From: an uncultured Gemmatimonadota bacterium
GTDB taxonomy: Bacteria; Latescibacterota; UBA2968; UBA8231
NCBI GenBank assembly: GCA_903893785.1
Contig: CAITNQ010000424.1
Span: forward strand, 7,666-71,665
DNA length: 64,000 nucleotides
Direction of reading: 5' to 3'
Position 1 is the stretch's first letter. Each line of letters opens with the position of its first letter. The notes under the pieces were generated by a model. That model was not told the origin of the DNA. It searched no databases and saw only the letters and a program-made list of their open reading frames with translations. Both the position numbers and the translations under genes were made by a program. Shown piece by piece: positions 1-9,984 of this stretch.

Positions 1-18
1 ACTGGGAAGGCGAGACGA

Positions 19-2421
19 CTAGAAAATCAGCACCGACACCGACTTCTGGATCAGGGCAATGGAGATTGAGGCCATACCCATCAGCGCCATGCCGCAGGCA
101 AACCCCACCGCCAGGACCGGCGCATAGAGACGCCACTGCTTGGCGCCGTATTTGCGGAAGAAGTAGTAACGGGCCAGGAGCGCGCCGATGACCTCGGTGA
201 TGACCCAGTGCGGGATGCCGGTCAGCGCCCGGACAAAACCGAACACCAACAGCACCGGCAGGCCCAGCACCGACAACAGAGCATAGCTGCCGATGCCGAA
301 AACAGCCCCGGCGACGATGACCTTCTTCTTGATGGCGCGGAAGAGCCACGGCTCATCGGTGGATCGCTGGATCCACGGGCTGGTGAAATTCGGGTCCGTG
401 TCCAGCACAAAATAGTAGGTCCATCCCGGCGGCAGCGCCTCGCTGCCCGCCACCCGCAGGCGCGGTCGCGGCGCACGCATGACGCCGCCGTCCACGGGCG
501 GCTCAATGACCCGCAGCGCAGGTCCGTCGGCGGCGCTCCCACTGTCCGAACGGGCGACGGCCGCCACGGGTTCGGCCATGCGCTCCGGTTCGCCGGGGCT
601 GTAGTGGGTGTAGAAGCGCCCGGTGGGCGTCCACGGGCCGGCATGGCCGCGCTTGCCGCTGCTGCTGACCCACTCGCCATCGACCGCGCGAGCCCGCCAG
701 TACCACCACTCACGCTCGCTCAAGTTGGCCGGCTGCCACCCGGCCTCGCGCTGGTCGTCGGCGACCTGCAGCTCGCTGCGCAGGGTCCCGGTGAACCACA
801 GGCAGGTCTGATAGGCATTCAGCCGCCACATCAACTGGGCGTAGGGGTACGAGGCCGATGGCACCGGCGCCAGTTTCCAGATGTAGGACGAGTAGAGGAA
901 GCTGGCCACCAGCACGATCGGCACCATGGTCAACTCGGCCTTGACGATACTGGAGAAACGCGTGCCGGTCAGCTCGATCTCGCGGAATTTCTGCGTCTGC
1001 GCCCCGTAGTTGCCCAAGGGGAACGGGATGAACCAGATGTCGACGCCCTGGTACCCGGAAAGGATGATGGTCGCCTCGCGCACGTAGGGGATGGCGACGG
1101 TCTGCCCCACCAGGCCGACGAGGCGGGCGTTGACGAAGGACTGCAGCGGCGTGAAAACGAACCCGAAGAAGATGAAGAACCAGATGAACCGGCTGATCTC
1201 GGGCAGCAGCACCCAGGACACCAGAATGATCGCCAGGGTGCTCAGCGAGTAGAGCGCCACGGCGATCCAGATCGGGAAGTCGCCGCGGCCCGGCGGCGGT
1301 TGCCAGGTGCGCACCTGCACCAGCCCACCGACGCTAGTCTGGCTCTTGCGGAGGCTGTTGACGACCTGATAGATGCCGATAGCCGCGATGGCAATCGTGG
1401 TGCCGATGCCAAAGCTCATCCAGAAGTCGACGCTGTTGACGAAGAAGGTCTCGATCGTCCCCATGCCAGGCTGCCAGGTGGTCAGCAGCCCGTATTTATA
1501 CAGGAAGGGGTTGGCGATGGAACCGAGAACGACGCCGATGAAGGTGCCCATGACGCCCCAGAAGGGCATCACCAAACCGGAGAATATGGGCCCCAGATGG
1601 GCCGTGAAGCCCAGGGGCGTGGCCGGGATGAAGTTGCCCGTGACCTGCGTAAAGTCGATGAAGGGGATGGGGATCAACTGGATGGGCTCGTTCAGCAGCG
1701 CGCCGCTGATGGCTGGGATGGCCACGTACAGGGTGCCGAACACCAGACCGATCATGGCTCCTGCCGAGAACACCCGCCAGCGCCAGGTCTCCTCACCCGA
1801 GGTGCTCTCGGCCAGTGCGGTCGAACCCTGAGCCGCGACCGGCGCAAACGGGAACGGCAGACGCTCGTAGTCGGAGTTGAGACGGAAGAGAGCGTAGGCC
1901 ATGGTGTACCATGACACACGCGAGATGATCATGCCGACGACCAGCAGGATGATCGGCGCGACCCAGTCCGGATGCAGAAAGGTGCGCGCCGCCAGGGCCG
2001 GCGAGTCAGCGGGCGGGGCGAACCAGGTGGGCAGCAGCTTGGTCAGGCCAAATTGCTTGGCGGCCGGAGACTGCACCAGGTACTGGTTCCACAGCAGGCC
2101 GTTGAAGGCCCCGGTCTCAGCCGCGATGAGGCCGGAAGCCACATAGTAGAGGACGTAGATCTCCTGGCGCTTGAGCGTCGTGAACGACCGCTTGGTGATC
2201 TCGGCAAAGAGGATGATGGTCACCCACTCGGCCGCGGCGCCCAGCGACCCGCCCACCATCAACCCGAGGTACATATTGCCCGGGATCATGATGAAGGCGA
2301 CGAACAGGACGCCCAGCACCGTCTTGGTGGTGAACCCCTCCTCGTACTGGGTGGGGGTCTCGAGGAGATCGCGGTACTCGTCGATCTCCTGGTTCGGGTT
2401 CGACTTCGACCGTCCGAACAC
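19..2421 (-). CDS. OPT-like (oligopeptide transporter-related) polytopic membrane protein with an inserted soluble Fn3/Ig-like domain
   Basis: 800 aa; many hydrophobic segments; OPT-like N-terminus (EEGFTTKTVLGVLF...AAAEWVTIILFAE...QEIYVLY, ERLPFPFAPV); hydrophilic insert at about aa 545-695; GTG start with GGAGG RBS. Confidence 0.7.
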   Translation of the reverse strand: MFGRSKSNPNQEIDEYRDLLETPTQYEEGFTTKTVLGVLFVAFIMIPGNMYLGLMVGGSLGAAAEWVTIILFAEITKRSFTTLKRQEIYVLYYVASGLIAAETGAFNGLLWNQYLVQSPAAKQFGLTKLLPTWFAPPADSPALAARTFLHPDWVAPIILLVVGMIISRVSWYTMAYALFRLNSDYERLPFPFAPVAAQGSTALAESTSGEETWRWRVFSAGAMIGLVFGTLYVAIPAISGALLNEPIQLIPIPFIDFTQVTGNFIPATPLGFTAHLGPIFSGLVMPFWGVMGTFIGVVLGSIANPFLYKYGLLTTWQPGMGTIETFFVNSVDFWMSFGIGTTIAIAAIGIYQVVNSLRKSQTSVGGLVQVRTWQPPPGRGDFPIWIAVALYSLSTLAIILVSWVLLPEISRFIWFFIFFGFVFTPLQSFVNARLVGLVGQTVAIPYVREATIILSGYQGVDIWFIPFPLGNYGAQTQKFREIELTGTRFSSIVKAELTMVPIVLVASFLYSSYIWKLAPVPSASYPYAQLMWRLNAYQTCLWFTGTLRSELQVADDQREAGWQPANLSEREWWYWRARAVDGEWVSSSGKRGHAGPWTPTGRFYTHYSPGEPERMAEPVAAVARSDSGSAADGPALRVIEPPVDGGVMRAPRPRLRVAGSEALPPGWTYYFVLDTDPNFTSPWIQRSTDEPWLFRAIKKKVIVAGAVFGIGSYALLSVLGLPVLLVFGFVRALTGIPHWVITEVIGALLARYYFFRKYGAKQWRLYAPVLAVGFACGMALMGMASISIALIQKSVSVLIF

Positions 2422-2436
2422 GCGACGTCCCTCCCT

Positions 2437-5400
2437 TTACGCGGTGACGGCGCCGAGCGCGGCCGCCAGAATGTCTTCGCCCTGCTTGCGGTACCCTGCC
2501 TTGGCTTCGGCGTCAACCGTGCGCCAGATCAGGAACTGCTTGCGGATGACGTTCATGAAACGCTGGTTCACCCGCCGCCAGGAGGCTTCCTCACCGCTGA
2601 GGCGATGGATCTGCAGCCCGATGGCGAAGATGTTGTGCTCGGCCTCGGGCGTGGCTCGCAGTACTACGTGTTGGCTGACGCCCAGGTCGAACGGGGCCAG
2701 CCAGATATTCATGTCGATGGCATAGCCGTCGCCGTGCGGCGTCGGAAAGCGCTGCAAGTGGGCGCCATCGGTGTAGAAGGTGCCGATGGACTCTTCGCTG
2801 TACGAGTCGAAGTAACCGATCAGGAACACCGACAGCCCGACCACATCCTGGCCGCCTACCGTGAAGGGGAACTCGAAGTTCCATTGGTCGCCATCGGGCG
2901 GCGGCAGCTTCCACTTACGGGTAACGTCAGGCACGGCCATCTGCGACGCTTTGCGCGCCGGGTAGATGGTGGACAGCATGACCACCGCCATCACCAGCAT
3001 GCTGGAGAACACCGCGGACAGCGACGAATAGTTGAGCGTGAACCCGGCCAGCAGGTTCAGCTCAATCAGAACCTTGGCAATGATCTGCCCTGACAGGTAC
3101 CCAGCCACCACACCGAGCACTGAATAGACGCAGGACTCGGCAATGAAGAGCATGGCGATATGGCCCGGAGCCAGGCCCACGGACGAGTAGATGCCGATCT
3201 CACGGAATCGTTCGTACACGCTGCCCATCATGGTATTGAGCACGATCAAGGCCGCGATGATAATGGGGATCAGCAGGTTGGCGATGCCCGAGAACGAAGT
3301 CATGCCCAGCGAGCTGTAGATTGACACCCGGACGAACTGGTCTCCAGGCTCCTTGATGCCGGCGAACAGCGTGACGGCCAACCGCGACAGGAACTCCTCG
3401 ATCTGTTTGCGCTCATCGATGCCGGCGTGGAAGCGTACCGCCACTGACTGCAGCGGGTTGCCGCTGCCGACGTTGCGCAGGGTGGCGTAGGGCACGAGAA
3501 GGACATTGGCGGGCTCGAGGTGGACAAAGGGCTTGATCACCACCTTGGTGTCTTCCAGCCCCTGCTTCTCGCGCGATTCCTCCTCCGCCATTTCCTGCAC
3601 CGCCTGCCCCCCGGTAACCGCGAAGTCAGCCGGTGTCATGATCTCGTCGTCGAGGTCCTTGAGATCTTTCATGCGGCGCGAATCGAGCACGCCGATGACG
3701 GTGAACAGCTGGCCGAAAACGCGCACCTGGGCCGTACCCACCTCGGCCAGGTCAATGGCAAGCTTGTCGCTGGTAATCATGTCGCTGGGCAGGATGCAGA
3801 CTTTCTCGTCGCCCGGGGCGAACCAGCGCCCGGCCAGCAGAGCCCGATCCAGGCCCGTAACACCGCTCTCCTCCGGGCTCAGACCCAGGACGCCCAGGGC
3901 GTTATGGGTCTTGTCACCGTGCTTCATTTTGATATGCGCCTTGGCCCGGTTGTCGTACCACGAGCGGGGCGCCACCACGGCGATATCGCGGAAGGTGCTG
4001 CGGGCGTAGTCGAGGACGGACTCCTCGAGCGGGTTCCAGGCCTTGCTGCGGATCATCATGCCTTCGTACAAACCCTCGTTGTCGCGCTGAATCTGGTTGT
4101 AGCGCAGCGTGGTTTGCACCGAGGTGAAGGACAGCACCGTAAAGGTCAGCAGCAGCAGGGTGGCAAAGGTCAACCCGGTGCGCATCTTGCGCCGCTTCAT
4201 GTTGGAGATACCCAACTGGAAAGCCGCCATCGAAGCGCCCGCACGACTCACGTCCACATCGTGGATGACGGCCACCTCGGTGCGCAGTTTGCGCATCTGC
4301 TCGTTGAACCGGCCGGAGATGATCGACATCACCAGCACGGCCAGCACCAAGATGACAAAGGCCAGCAGGATGACGAAGGGGTTGGAGAGCTGGAAAGCCG
4401 GGTGCACCAGCCAGAGGATGATCCAGATGACCAGGAAGATGCCGGCAAAACCGAAGATCTGGTTCTTGATCGTAGCCGCCGTTATCAGCAGGCGTTCGGC
4501 GAAGAAAGCGCAGGGGATCACCAGCGCCATGAAGAAGATGATGCCTTGGATCACGTCGTTCTGGGTCGCCTTGACGTCCGGGTAGGCGCGGGACTCGAGA
4601 CCGATGGCCGAACGTGTGCGGCGCACGAACTCGGACCAGTGCCGCGCCGTCAGGGCCTCGGCGGCGGCGTCCAACTGGGCTTTGGCACGGCCGTGCAGGT
4701 CTGACAGCCGTTGGTTCTCAATGCCGAAGCCCTGCAGTTCGCGCATGCGCGACTCGTCCAGCGTCCACATGTCATGCGCAGCCAGGTAGGTAGTGCGCAG
4801 GAATGAGGTCCCGCTGCCGATCTCGAAACCAGAACCCAGGGCCGCCTCTTTGCTGCTGGCATCACGCGCATTGAGCAGCAGGTAGCGGAACCCCAGCAGG
4901 CCGGCGCCCAGCCCCACCTTCACGCGGGCCTCGGGTCGGGCAAACAGCACGCCCACCGGTTCATCACGGGCCGACGGGCCTTCGCCAATGGTGTAGCCGA
5001 ATTCCACGGGCGTGCTGTTGGTCTCGTCGAAGACCGTGATCTGGGACAACTTGGTCAGGTACCGCGGATCCACGATGTCGAAGAAGTTGTAGGCTACGCA
5101 CGGGAACAGCACGACCATCCACTGCTTGTCGCGCCAGTCCATGGCAATACGCATGGGGTAAACCTTGTCCCCCTGCACACCGCGGTCAGGCGCGTAGGCA
5201 ATGCTGCCGTTGAGCGGATCGAGGTAGTAGCCCTCGACCTGGACCTGGTTGACGCGAATCGAGTTGAGGTAGAAGGTACCGCGGTCGTCGGTCAGCTCGA
5301 AGTATTCGCCGCGCACGCCCTTGTACGATTTGGCGCGACCGTTGCGCACCACCCCGATGGCACCGGCGCGCGGCAGATCCGGGATGATGCTACGGCGCGG

Positions 5401-7194
5401 GAAGACCATCGTGCGGGCCTGCAGCGAGCGGAGCGTATCGCGCAGGCGCATCTTGAAGTCCGGGAACAGCTCAGGGTCGTCAAAGGCCTGGTGGAGCATA
5501 CCGGCCAGGGCGCGCACTTGGCGCGTCAGGTTGGCGCTGTTGGTGTGGGCGACGCGATCGAGGGGCGTATCGACGAGGAAACGCGCATCGTTGACCGTGA
5601 CAAAGGCCAGGGCCGGTGTGCCGGTGTCGAGCACCACCTCGCTGTTCACCGAGATCTGGCCAGGGACAAAGGTCTCCCAACTCATGCCGCCTTCGGGGCT
5701 GATGCCGTTGACCAGCACATCGCGGTAGTCGTACCCCAGGGCCCGGCTCAGACGCCGGGCATAGGCCATGAAGTTCTTGCCGAAGGGCGCGAAGTAGCGC
5801 TTGTAGTAGAAGCTGCTGTTGCTGTTCCAGACCCCCAACTCGTCGGTCTGGGTGGACAGGTCCAAACTGATGAAGAGCTTTACGTCCAGCGAGTCGGCGT
5901 GCCCCCGCGCCCACTCGCGGTACAACTCGGCGCGGCGGTTGGTGTTGTGGCGCACTTCCTGCCACAGGACCGCCTCATCGGCGTAGCGCTCCTGGCCCAG
6001 GCGCAACTGGCCCTGGTCGCGAACCACCACCCCCTCGGCCATGGCTGCGGTCAGCACCTGGCGCACCAGCACCGAGTCCGGGCCATCGATGCCGTGCACC
6101 AGGGCTTCTTTGCCCATGTACTCGTCGCCGCCGACCCGATAGATGACCCCGTCGCGGGCGATCATGCCGCGGTCCAGGGCCAGTTCCACCGCCCGGCGCA
6201 CCACCATGCGCTGGACGAAAGGGTCTTCTTTGCGCAGGTAGCGTTGAATGAAGTCGTCGATCCCCCGCAGTCCCAGATGGTGGGCCGAGGTGGCCAGGAA
6301 AACCACGGTGCGCGTCGGCGGATGGGCGCGGAAATAGCGGCCGAGTTCCAGCAGCGCGGTGATGCTGGCGGCCTGCTCGGCCCCCGGCGTAAGCGCCGGC
6401 ACCACCGACATGGCGTCGTAGTAGGCTTCGAGCACAACGATGTCTTTGGCCAGGACCGGATCGCTGCCCGGGATCACCCCCATGATGTTCCGCGCCGGTC
6501 GGCGCTCCCAGTCCATGCGCGACTGCAGGTGGACCGGCAGGGAGCCGCCGTTGGTGGCCACCTGCTCACGCAGGTGCTCGCCATCCTGGCGGTTGACCCA
6601 GAAGCGCGGCAGATCCAGCGGCATGGTCAGGAACTTGCGTTCGGCCTCCAGGTACACGGTCGAGTCCGGTTCGACAAACACGACCGCTGCCGCCCCCAGG
6701 TAGGCGCTGTTCAGCCAACTGTCGCCGGTGTTGAAGTCCAGCAGGACGGTCGCGCCCTGCACGTCCTGGCCGTCGAGTCGGGCATAGTCACCATCGCCGC
6801 CGTCGATCAGGCGCGAGGTCAGGCCCGCCGGCGGCAGGGTGGAGGTGCGCACCAGATTCGGCCACAGGGCACACAGGGGCACTCGCGCCCCAGTGGCAGT
6901 GACCTCCAGGAAACCGCCACGGTCCATGGGCACGGTGACGTCGTAGTCCTGCGTCACCACATCGCGCAGACCGGTCTGGCGGAACGCCGACTCGACAAAC
7001 GCAGCCGCGCTGTCGGCTCCGGGGTAGCCGGCAACGCGCGAGCCCAAACCGCCGAAGAAGGCCAGGCTGGCAGCCACCCGCTCCTCAGGCACGGCTTGGG
7101 ACAGGGCACCGAAGTCGACTTCGGCACCGGCCGGGCGAACCCACGCGCCGGCCAACAGGCATGCCAGCAGCGTCAAGCAACGAAGCCCCTGCAT
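2437..7194 (-). CDS. Large fusion protein: signal peptide, PA/M28-peptidase-like domain (degenerate), helical linker, TM helices, MacB/FtsX-like permease, C-terminal soluble domain
   Basis: Start reassigned to ATG 7194 (MQGLRCLTLLACLLAG..., signal peptide, GGGAGA RBS). M28-like motifs SRVAGYPG and NIMGVIPG...VVLEAYYD. FtsX signatures 'GISNMKRRKMRTGLT' and 'NTMMGSVYERFREIGIYSSVGL'. Confidence 0.8.
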   Translation of the reverse strand: MQGLRCLTLLACLLAGAWVRPAGAEVDFGALSQAVPEERVAASLAFFGGLGSRVAGYPGADSAAAFVESAFRQTGLRDVVTQDYDVTVPMDRGGFLEVTATGARVPLCALWPNLVRTSTLPPAGLTSRLIDGGDGDYARLDGQDVQGATVLLDFNTGDSWLNSAYLGAAAVVFVEPDSTVYLEAERKFLTMPLDLPRFWVNRQDGEHLREQVATNGGSLPVHLQSRMDWERRPARNIMGVIPGSDPVLAKDIVVLEAYYDAMSVVPALTPGAEQAASITALLELGRYFRAHPPTRTVVFLATSAHHLGLRGIDDFIQRYLRKEDPFVQRMVVRRAVELALDRGMIARDGVIYRVGGDEYMGKEALVHGIDGPDSVLVRQVLTAAMAEGVVVRDQGQLRLGQERYADEAVLWQEVRHNTNRRAELYREWARGHADSLDVKLFISLDLSTQTDELGVWNSNSSFYYKRYFAPFGKNFMAYARRLSRALGYDYRDVLVNGISPEGGMSWETFVPGQISVNSEVVLDTGTPALAFVTVNDARFLVDTPLDRVAHTNSANLTRQVRALAGMLHQAFDDPELFPDFKMRLRDTLRSLQARTMVFPRRSIIPDLPRAGAIGVVRNGRAKSYKGVRGEYFELTDDRGTFYLNSIRVNQVQVEGYYLDPLNGSIAYAPDRGVQGDKVYPMRIAMDWRDKQWMVVLFPCVAYNFFDIVDPRYLTKLSQITVFDETNSTPVEFGYTIGEGPSARDEPVGVLFARPEARVKVGLGAGLLGFRYLLLNARDASSKEAALGSGFEIGSGTSFLRTTYLAAHDMWTLDESRMRELQGFGIENQRLSDLHGRAKAQLDAAAEALTARHWSEFVRRTRSAIGLESRAYPDVKATQNDVIQGIIFFMALVIPCAFFAERLLITAATIKNQIFGFAGIFLVIWIILWLVHPAFQLSNPFVILLAFVILVLAVLVMSIISGRFNEQMRKLRTEVAVIHDVDVSRAGASMAAFQLGISNMKRRKMRTGLTFATLLLLTFTVLSFTSVQTTLRYNQIQRDNEGLYEGMMIRSKAWNPLEESVLDYARSTFRDIAVVAPRSWYDNRAKAHIKMKHGDKTHNALGVLGLSPEESGVTGLDRALLAGRWFAPGDEKVCILPSDMITSDKLAIDLAEVGTAQVRVFGQLFTVIGVLDSRRMKDLKDLDDEIMTPADFAVTGGQAVQEMAEEESREKQGLEDTKVVIKPFVHLEPANVLLVPYATLRNVGSGNPLQSVAVRFHAGIDERKQIEEFLSRLAVTLFAGIKEPGDQFVRVSIYSSLGMTSFSGIANLLIPIIIAALIVLNTMMGSVYERFREIGIYSSVGLAPGHIAMLFIAESCVYSVLGVVAGYLSGQIIAKVLIELNLLAGFTLNYSSLSAVFSSMLVMAVVMLSTIYPARKASQMAVPDVTRKWKLPPPDGDQWNFEFPFTVGGQDVVGLSVFLIGYFDSYSEESIGTFYTDGAHLQRFPTPHGDGYAIDMNIWLAPFDLGVSQHVVLRATPEAEHNIFAIGLQIHRLSGEEASWRRVNQRFMNVIRKQFLIWRTVDAEAKAGYRKQGEDILAAALGAVTA

Positions 7195-7258
7195 GGTGCG
7201 TCTCCCCCCGTCCGTCCACGGACAGATCAGCAACCGGCCACGGTGACGGTCGACGCCG

Positions 7259-9229
7259 TCAGATCCAGAACACCACATTGTCGGTCATGCCCGTCAGGTA
7301 GTCGACCAACAGCCACAGGCCGGCGATCACGAACTGCCCCATGATCAGGCCCAGGAAGAAAGGCCGGCTCTGCCGATACAACGCCGGCCCGCCGTATTTC
7401 ATCACCACCTGCTTGACCAGCCAGGCAAGGAAAATGCTGAACCACAGCTCGTCCATGAGCCACACGGCGCTGATGGGGTACCCCACCGGATGCAGTGGCC
7501 ACCACAGCAGGTGGTGCCGCGCCAGCATGAGCAGGGCCATGATGGCCCCCCCCACCACCGTGTGCAGCCAGCCGTCGCCGTAGACGGGCAGTGGGGTGGT
7601 CAACCCGGCGGCAATGTATTGGAAAGGCACCTGATTGCCGCCGGCGAAGAACCAACCGTTGAGGTTGATGCCCCCGTAGGCGTACGCCAGGTTCAGGATG
7701 GCCCACACCGAGCCACCCAGACTAACGACGATGGCCAACAGCATGGCCCAGAACAATGGGCGCACGCGGTGCCCCAACTGCTCGGTGAGTTTGAGGCCGT
7801 GGGCGCAGGCCGCCATGACGAAGGTGCGCATGTCCGCCGCCCAGACATAAGAGTATGCCATGGATACCATGCCGGGCGTGCCCAGGACTGACGAGCCGAC
7901 CGCGGAAACCACGGCCGAAGACGCGATCATCGGTCCCACGGCCGTGGCCACGCCACTCTCGACCACCACCCGCGTGAGCCCGACGAAGATCAGCACGGCC
8001 AGCAACAGTGTGATGGCGGCAGCCCACCACGGCAGGCCGGTGACCCAGAGCCAACCGGTCAGCACCAGGGACGACCCCAGCCACGCGAACACGGCAGCCC
8101 GGTACGACAGCATCTCGCCGGTGTCGTCCACGTTGGGGTCGCCACGGAAGGCCTTGCGGAACACATCACGCAGGTGACTGCGGCCGACCCACAGGCCGAA
8201 CAGGACCAGGACCATCAGTGCGCCCTGCCCCTGATGAGCCAAGATCGGCTCGGAGAAGGCACCGTACACGCCCAGCTTCTCCGTGCTGCCGACGCCCAGC
8301 AACGCCAGCGCGCCTTTGACCAGCTTGGCGACCACATTGAAGAACCAGAGACTGAAGGCGATATCGAGATTGATCAGATAGGAGAAGCCGACCATGGGGA
8401 AACTGAGGCGGAAGATGAGTCCCATGGTGTTGCGGAAAATCGGCACCGAGGACACGGTGGTGATGGCCGGCACGAAGTTGAAGTAGGCATGCAGCGCGTT
8501 GACACTGCTGACCACGACCGGGACGGCAAAGCCAATCCACAGCAACGGGCGACGGAACAGCGGCCGCACGGCGTGGCCGTCCTCCTGAACCATTTCCAGC
8601 GGCACCTGGACAATGGGGTAGATCAGCCGTTCGCGCTCCACCCACTGCCGGCGTAGAATGACCATCGAGGAGATCATCATCAGGTACAACGCCGCGGCCA
8701 GCACCAACCAGCAGGCCAACGGGCCGGCCCAAACGGCCCACGGGATGCCCATGCCGCGCGGGGCGCCCTCGTAAAACCACTTGATGGCTTCCTGGTCCTG
8801 CGGCACCAGCCAGGCCGGCACAAAGGGCAGGATGAGCTCGGCCCACTCGTTCTCCGGCGTGGCGTAGTATTGGGCGCCGGTGGTAATGGTCAACAGGTAC
8901 TCAGAGAAGCCCATGGTCGGGATGGCGGCGGCCACGACCATCATCACGTAGATGACGATCAGCTCGGTGCGCCGCAGCGCCCGACGCGGGGCGACGGCGG
9001 CAACGGCGGTGTTGGCTACGGCCACGAGGACAAAGAAGAGGAACAGGGCCCCGGCAGCGCTGAAGTCGTTGCCCATGTACGAGCCCCGGATCACCATGTT
9101 GGCGTAGGGGTCGCCCACGGCGATGGCCAGGGACAGGAGCGCCCCCAATACAAAAGCCCGGGCGCTGAACCCGGTACCCAGGGCACTCCCTGCTCCGGCA
9201 GGGCGCGGCTCGTTCTTCTGGACGTCCAT
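7259..9229 (-). CDS. DUF6785/DUF6784-like polytopic membrane protein (OPT-related)
   Basis: 656 aa; FSARAFVLG, ELIVIYVMM, LRRQWVERERLIYPI, WWPLHPVGY and 'VMKYGGPALYRQSRPFFLGLIMG' are typical of this family. Confidence 0.75.
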   Translation of the reverse strand: MDVQKNEPRPAGAGSALGTGFSARAFVLGALLSLAIAVGDPYANMVIRGSYMGNDFSAAGALFLFFVLVAVANTAVAAVAPRRALRRTELIVIYVMMVVAAAIPTMGFSEYLLTITTGAQYYATPENEWAELILPFVPAWLVPQDQEAIKWFYEGAPRGMGIPWAVWAGPLACWLVLAAALYLMMISSMVILRRQWVERERLIYPIVQVPLEMVQEDGHAVRPLFRRPLLWIGFAVPVVVSSVNALHAYFNFVPAITTVSSVPIFRNTMGLIFRLSFPMVGFSYLINLDIAFSLWFFNVVAKLVKGALALLGVGSTEKLGVYGAFSEPILAHQGQGALMVLVLFGLWVGRSHLRDVFRKAFRGDPNVDDTGEMLSYRAAVFAWLGSSLVLTGWLWVTGLPWWAAAITLLLAVLIFVGLTRVVVESGVATAVGPMIASSAVVSAVGSSVLGTPGMVSMAYSYVWAADMRTFVMAACAHGLKLTEQLGHRVRPLFWAMLLAIVVSLGGSVWAILNLAYAYGGINLNGWFFAGGNQVPFQYIAAGLTTPLPVYGDGWLHTVVGGAIMALLMLARHHLLWWPLHPVGYPISAVWLMDELWFSIFLAWLVKQVVMKYGGPALYRQSRPFFLGLIMGQFVIAGLWLLVDYLTGMTDNVVFWI

Positions 9230-9483
9230 GGACCCTTCCCGCGATGAGGCGGATCTGGGGCCGACAGCTGCGGGTCGACCCCGGGCCGGGGTCGCCTTTC
9301 AGGTTGACTCGACCGCCCCGGAGTGCGCCGACCCACCGTGACCGCCCGCCGCACCCGGCCAAGGTCAAGCGGGACTGAAATAAAGACCATCGCGGGGGGA
9401 GCGACAAGACCGCCCCCGGGTGGCGGCAGCAGGGCGACCTCGGCGTCTGGTCGATGGTCGCCCCGGCGCCCCGCGGCGGGGAC

Positions 9484-9984
9484 TCAGGCGCCGACGAGGC
9501 GGTCCAGACTCCAGCGTGCCACCAGGCCGATGAACACGCCGCTGACCAGCCCGGCCACCAGGCCCATGGGCAACAGGGACAGCAACGCGGGTTGGCCGGT
9601 GTACAGCCGGGCAACCCACAACTGCGTGGCTTGGTGGGCCACGGCGCCGGCGACGCTCACGCCCACGGTGCTGAACAACCCGGGACGCAGCCGATGCGCG
9701 CTGGCCATGGCTGCCAGGCTGGCCATTGCCGCAGCCCCGCCAATGATCGCCACGGGACCGAGCAGGCCGCCGCCGAACAGGCTACCGAGCAGCACCTTGA
9801 CCCCGGCTACCAGTACCGCCGCGCGCACGCCCTGCCCCATCAGCGCCACCAGCACCGGGATGTTCGCCAGTCCGAGCCGCAGCCACGGTAGCGGCGTCGG
9901 CACCGTGTTCTCGACCAGCGACAGCACCAGGGCCGTGCTGCTGAGCAGTCCGAGGCGAGCCAGGTCGCGCGTTGACGTGAACAT
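9484..9984 (-). CDS. Gx transporter family / heptaprenyl diphosphate synthase component I-like (EetB-like) membrane protein
   Basis: LVLSLVENTVPTPLPWLRLGLANI and GVSVAGAVAHQATQL motifs; about 5 TM; coupled to the upstream NusG-II gene. Confidence 0.8.
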   Translation of the reverse strand: MFTSTRDLARLGLLSSTALVLSLVENTVPTPLPWLRLGLANIPVLVALMGQGVRAAVLVAGVKVLLGSLFGGGLLGPVAIIGGAAAMASLAAMASAHRLRPGLFSTVGVSVAGAVAHQATQLWVARLYTGQPALLSLLPMGLVAGLVSGVFIGLVARWSLDRLVGA

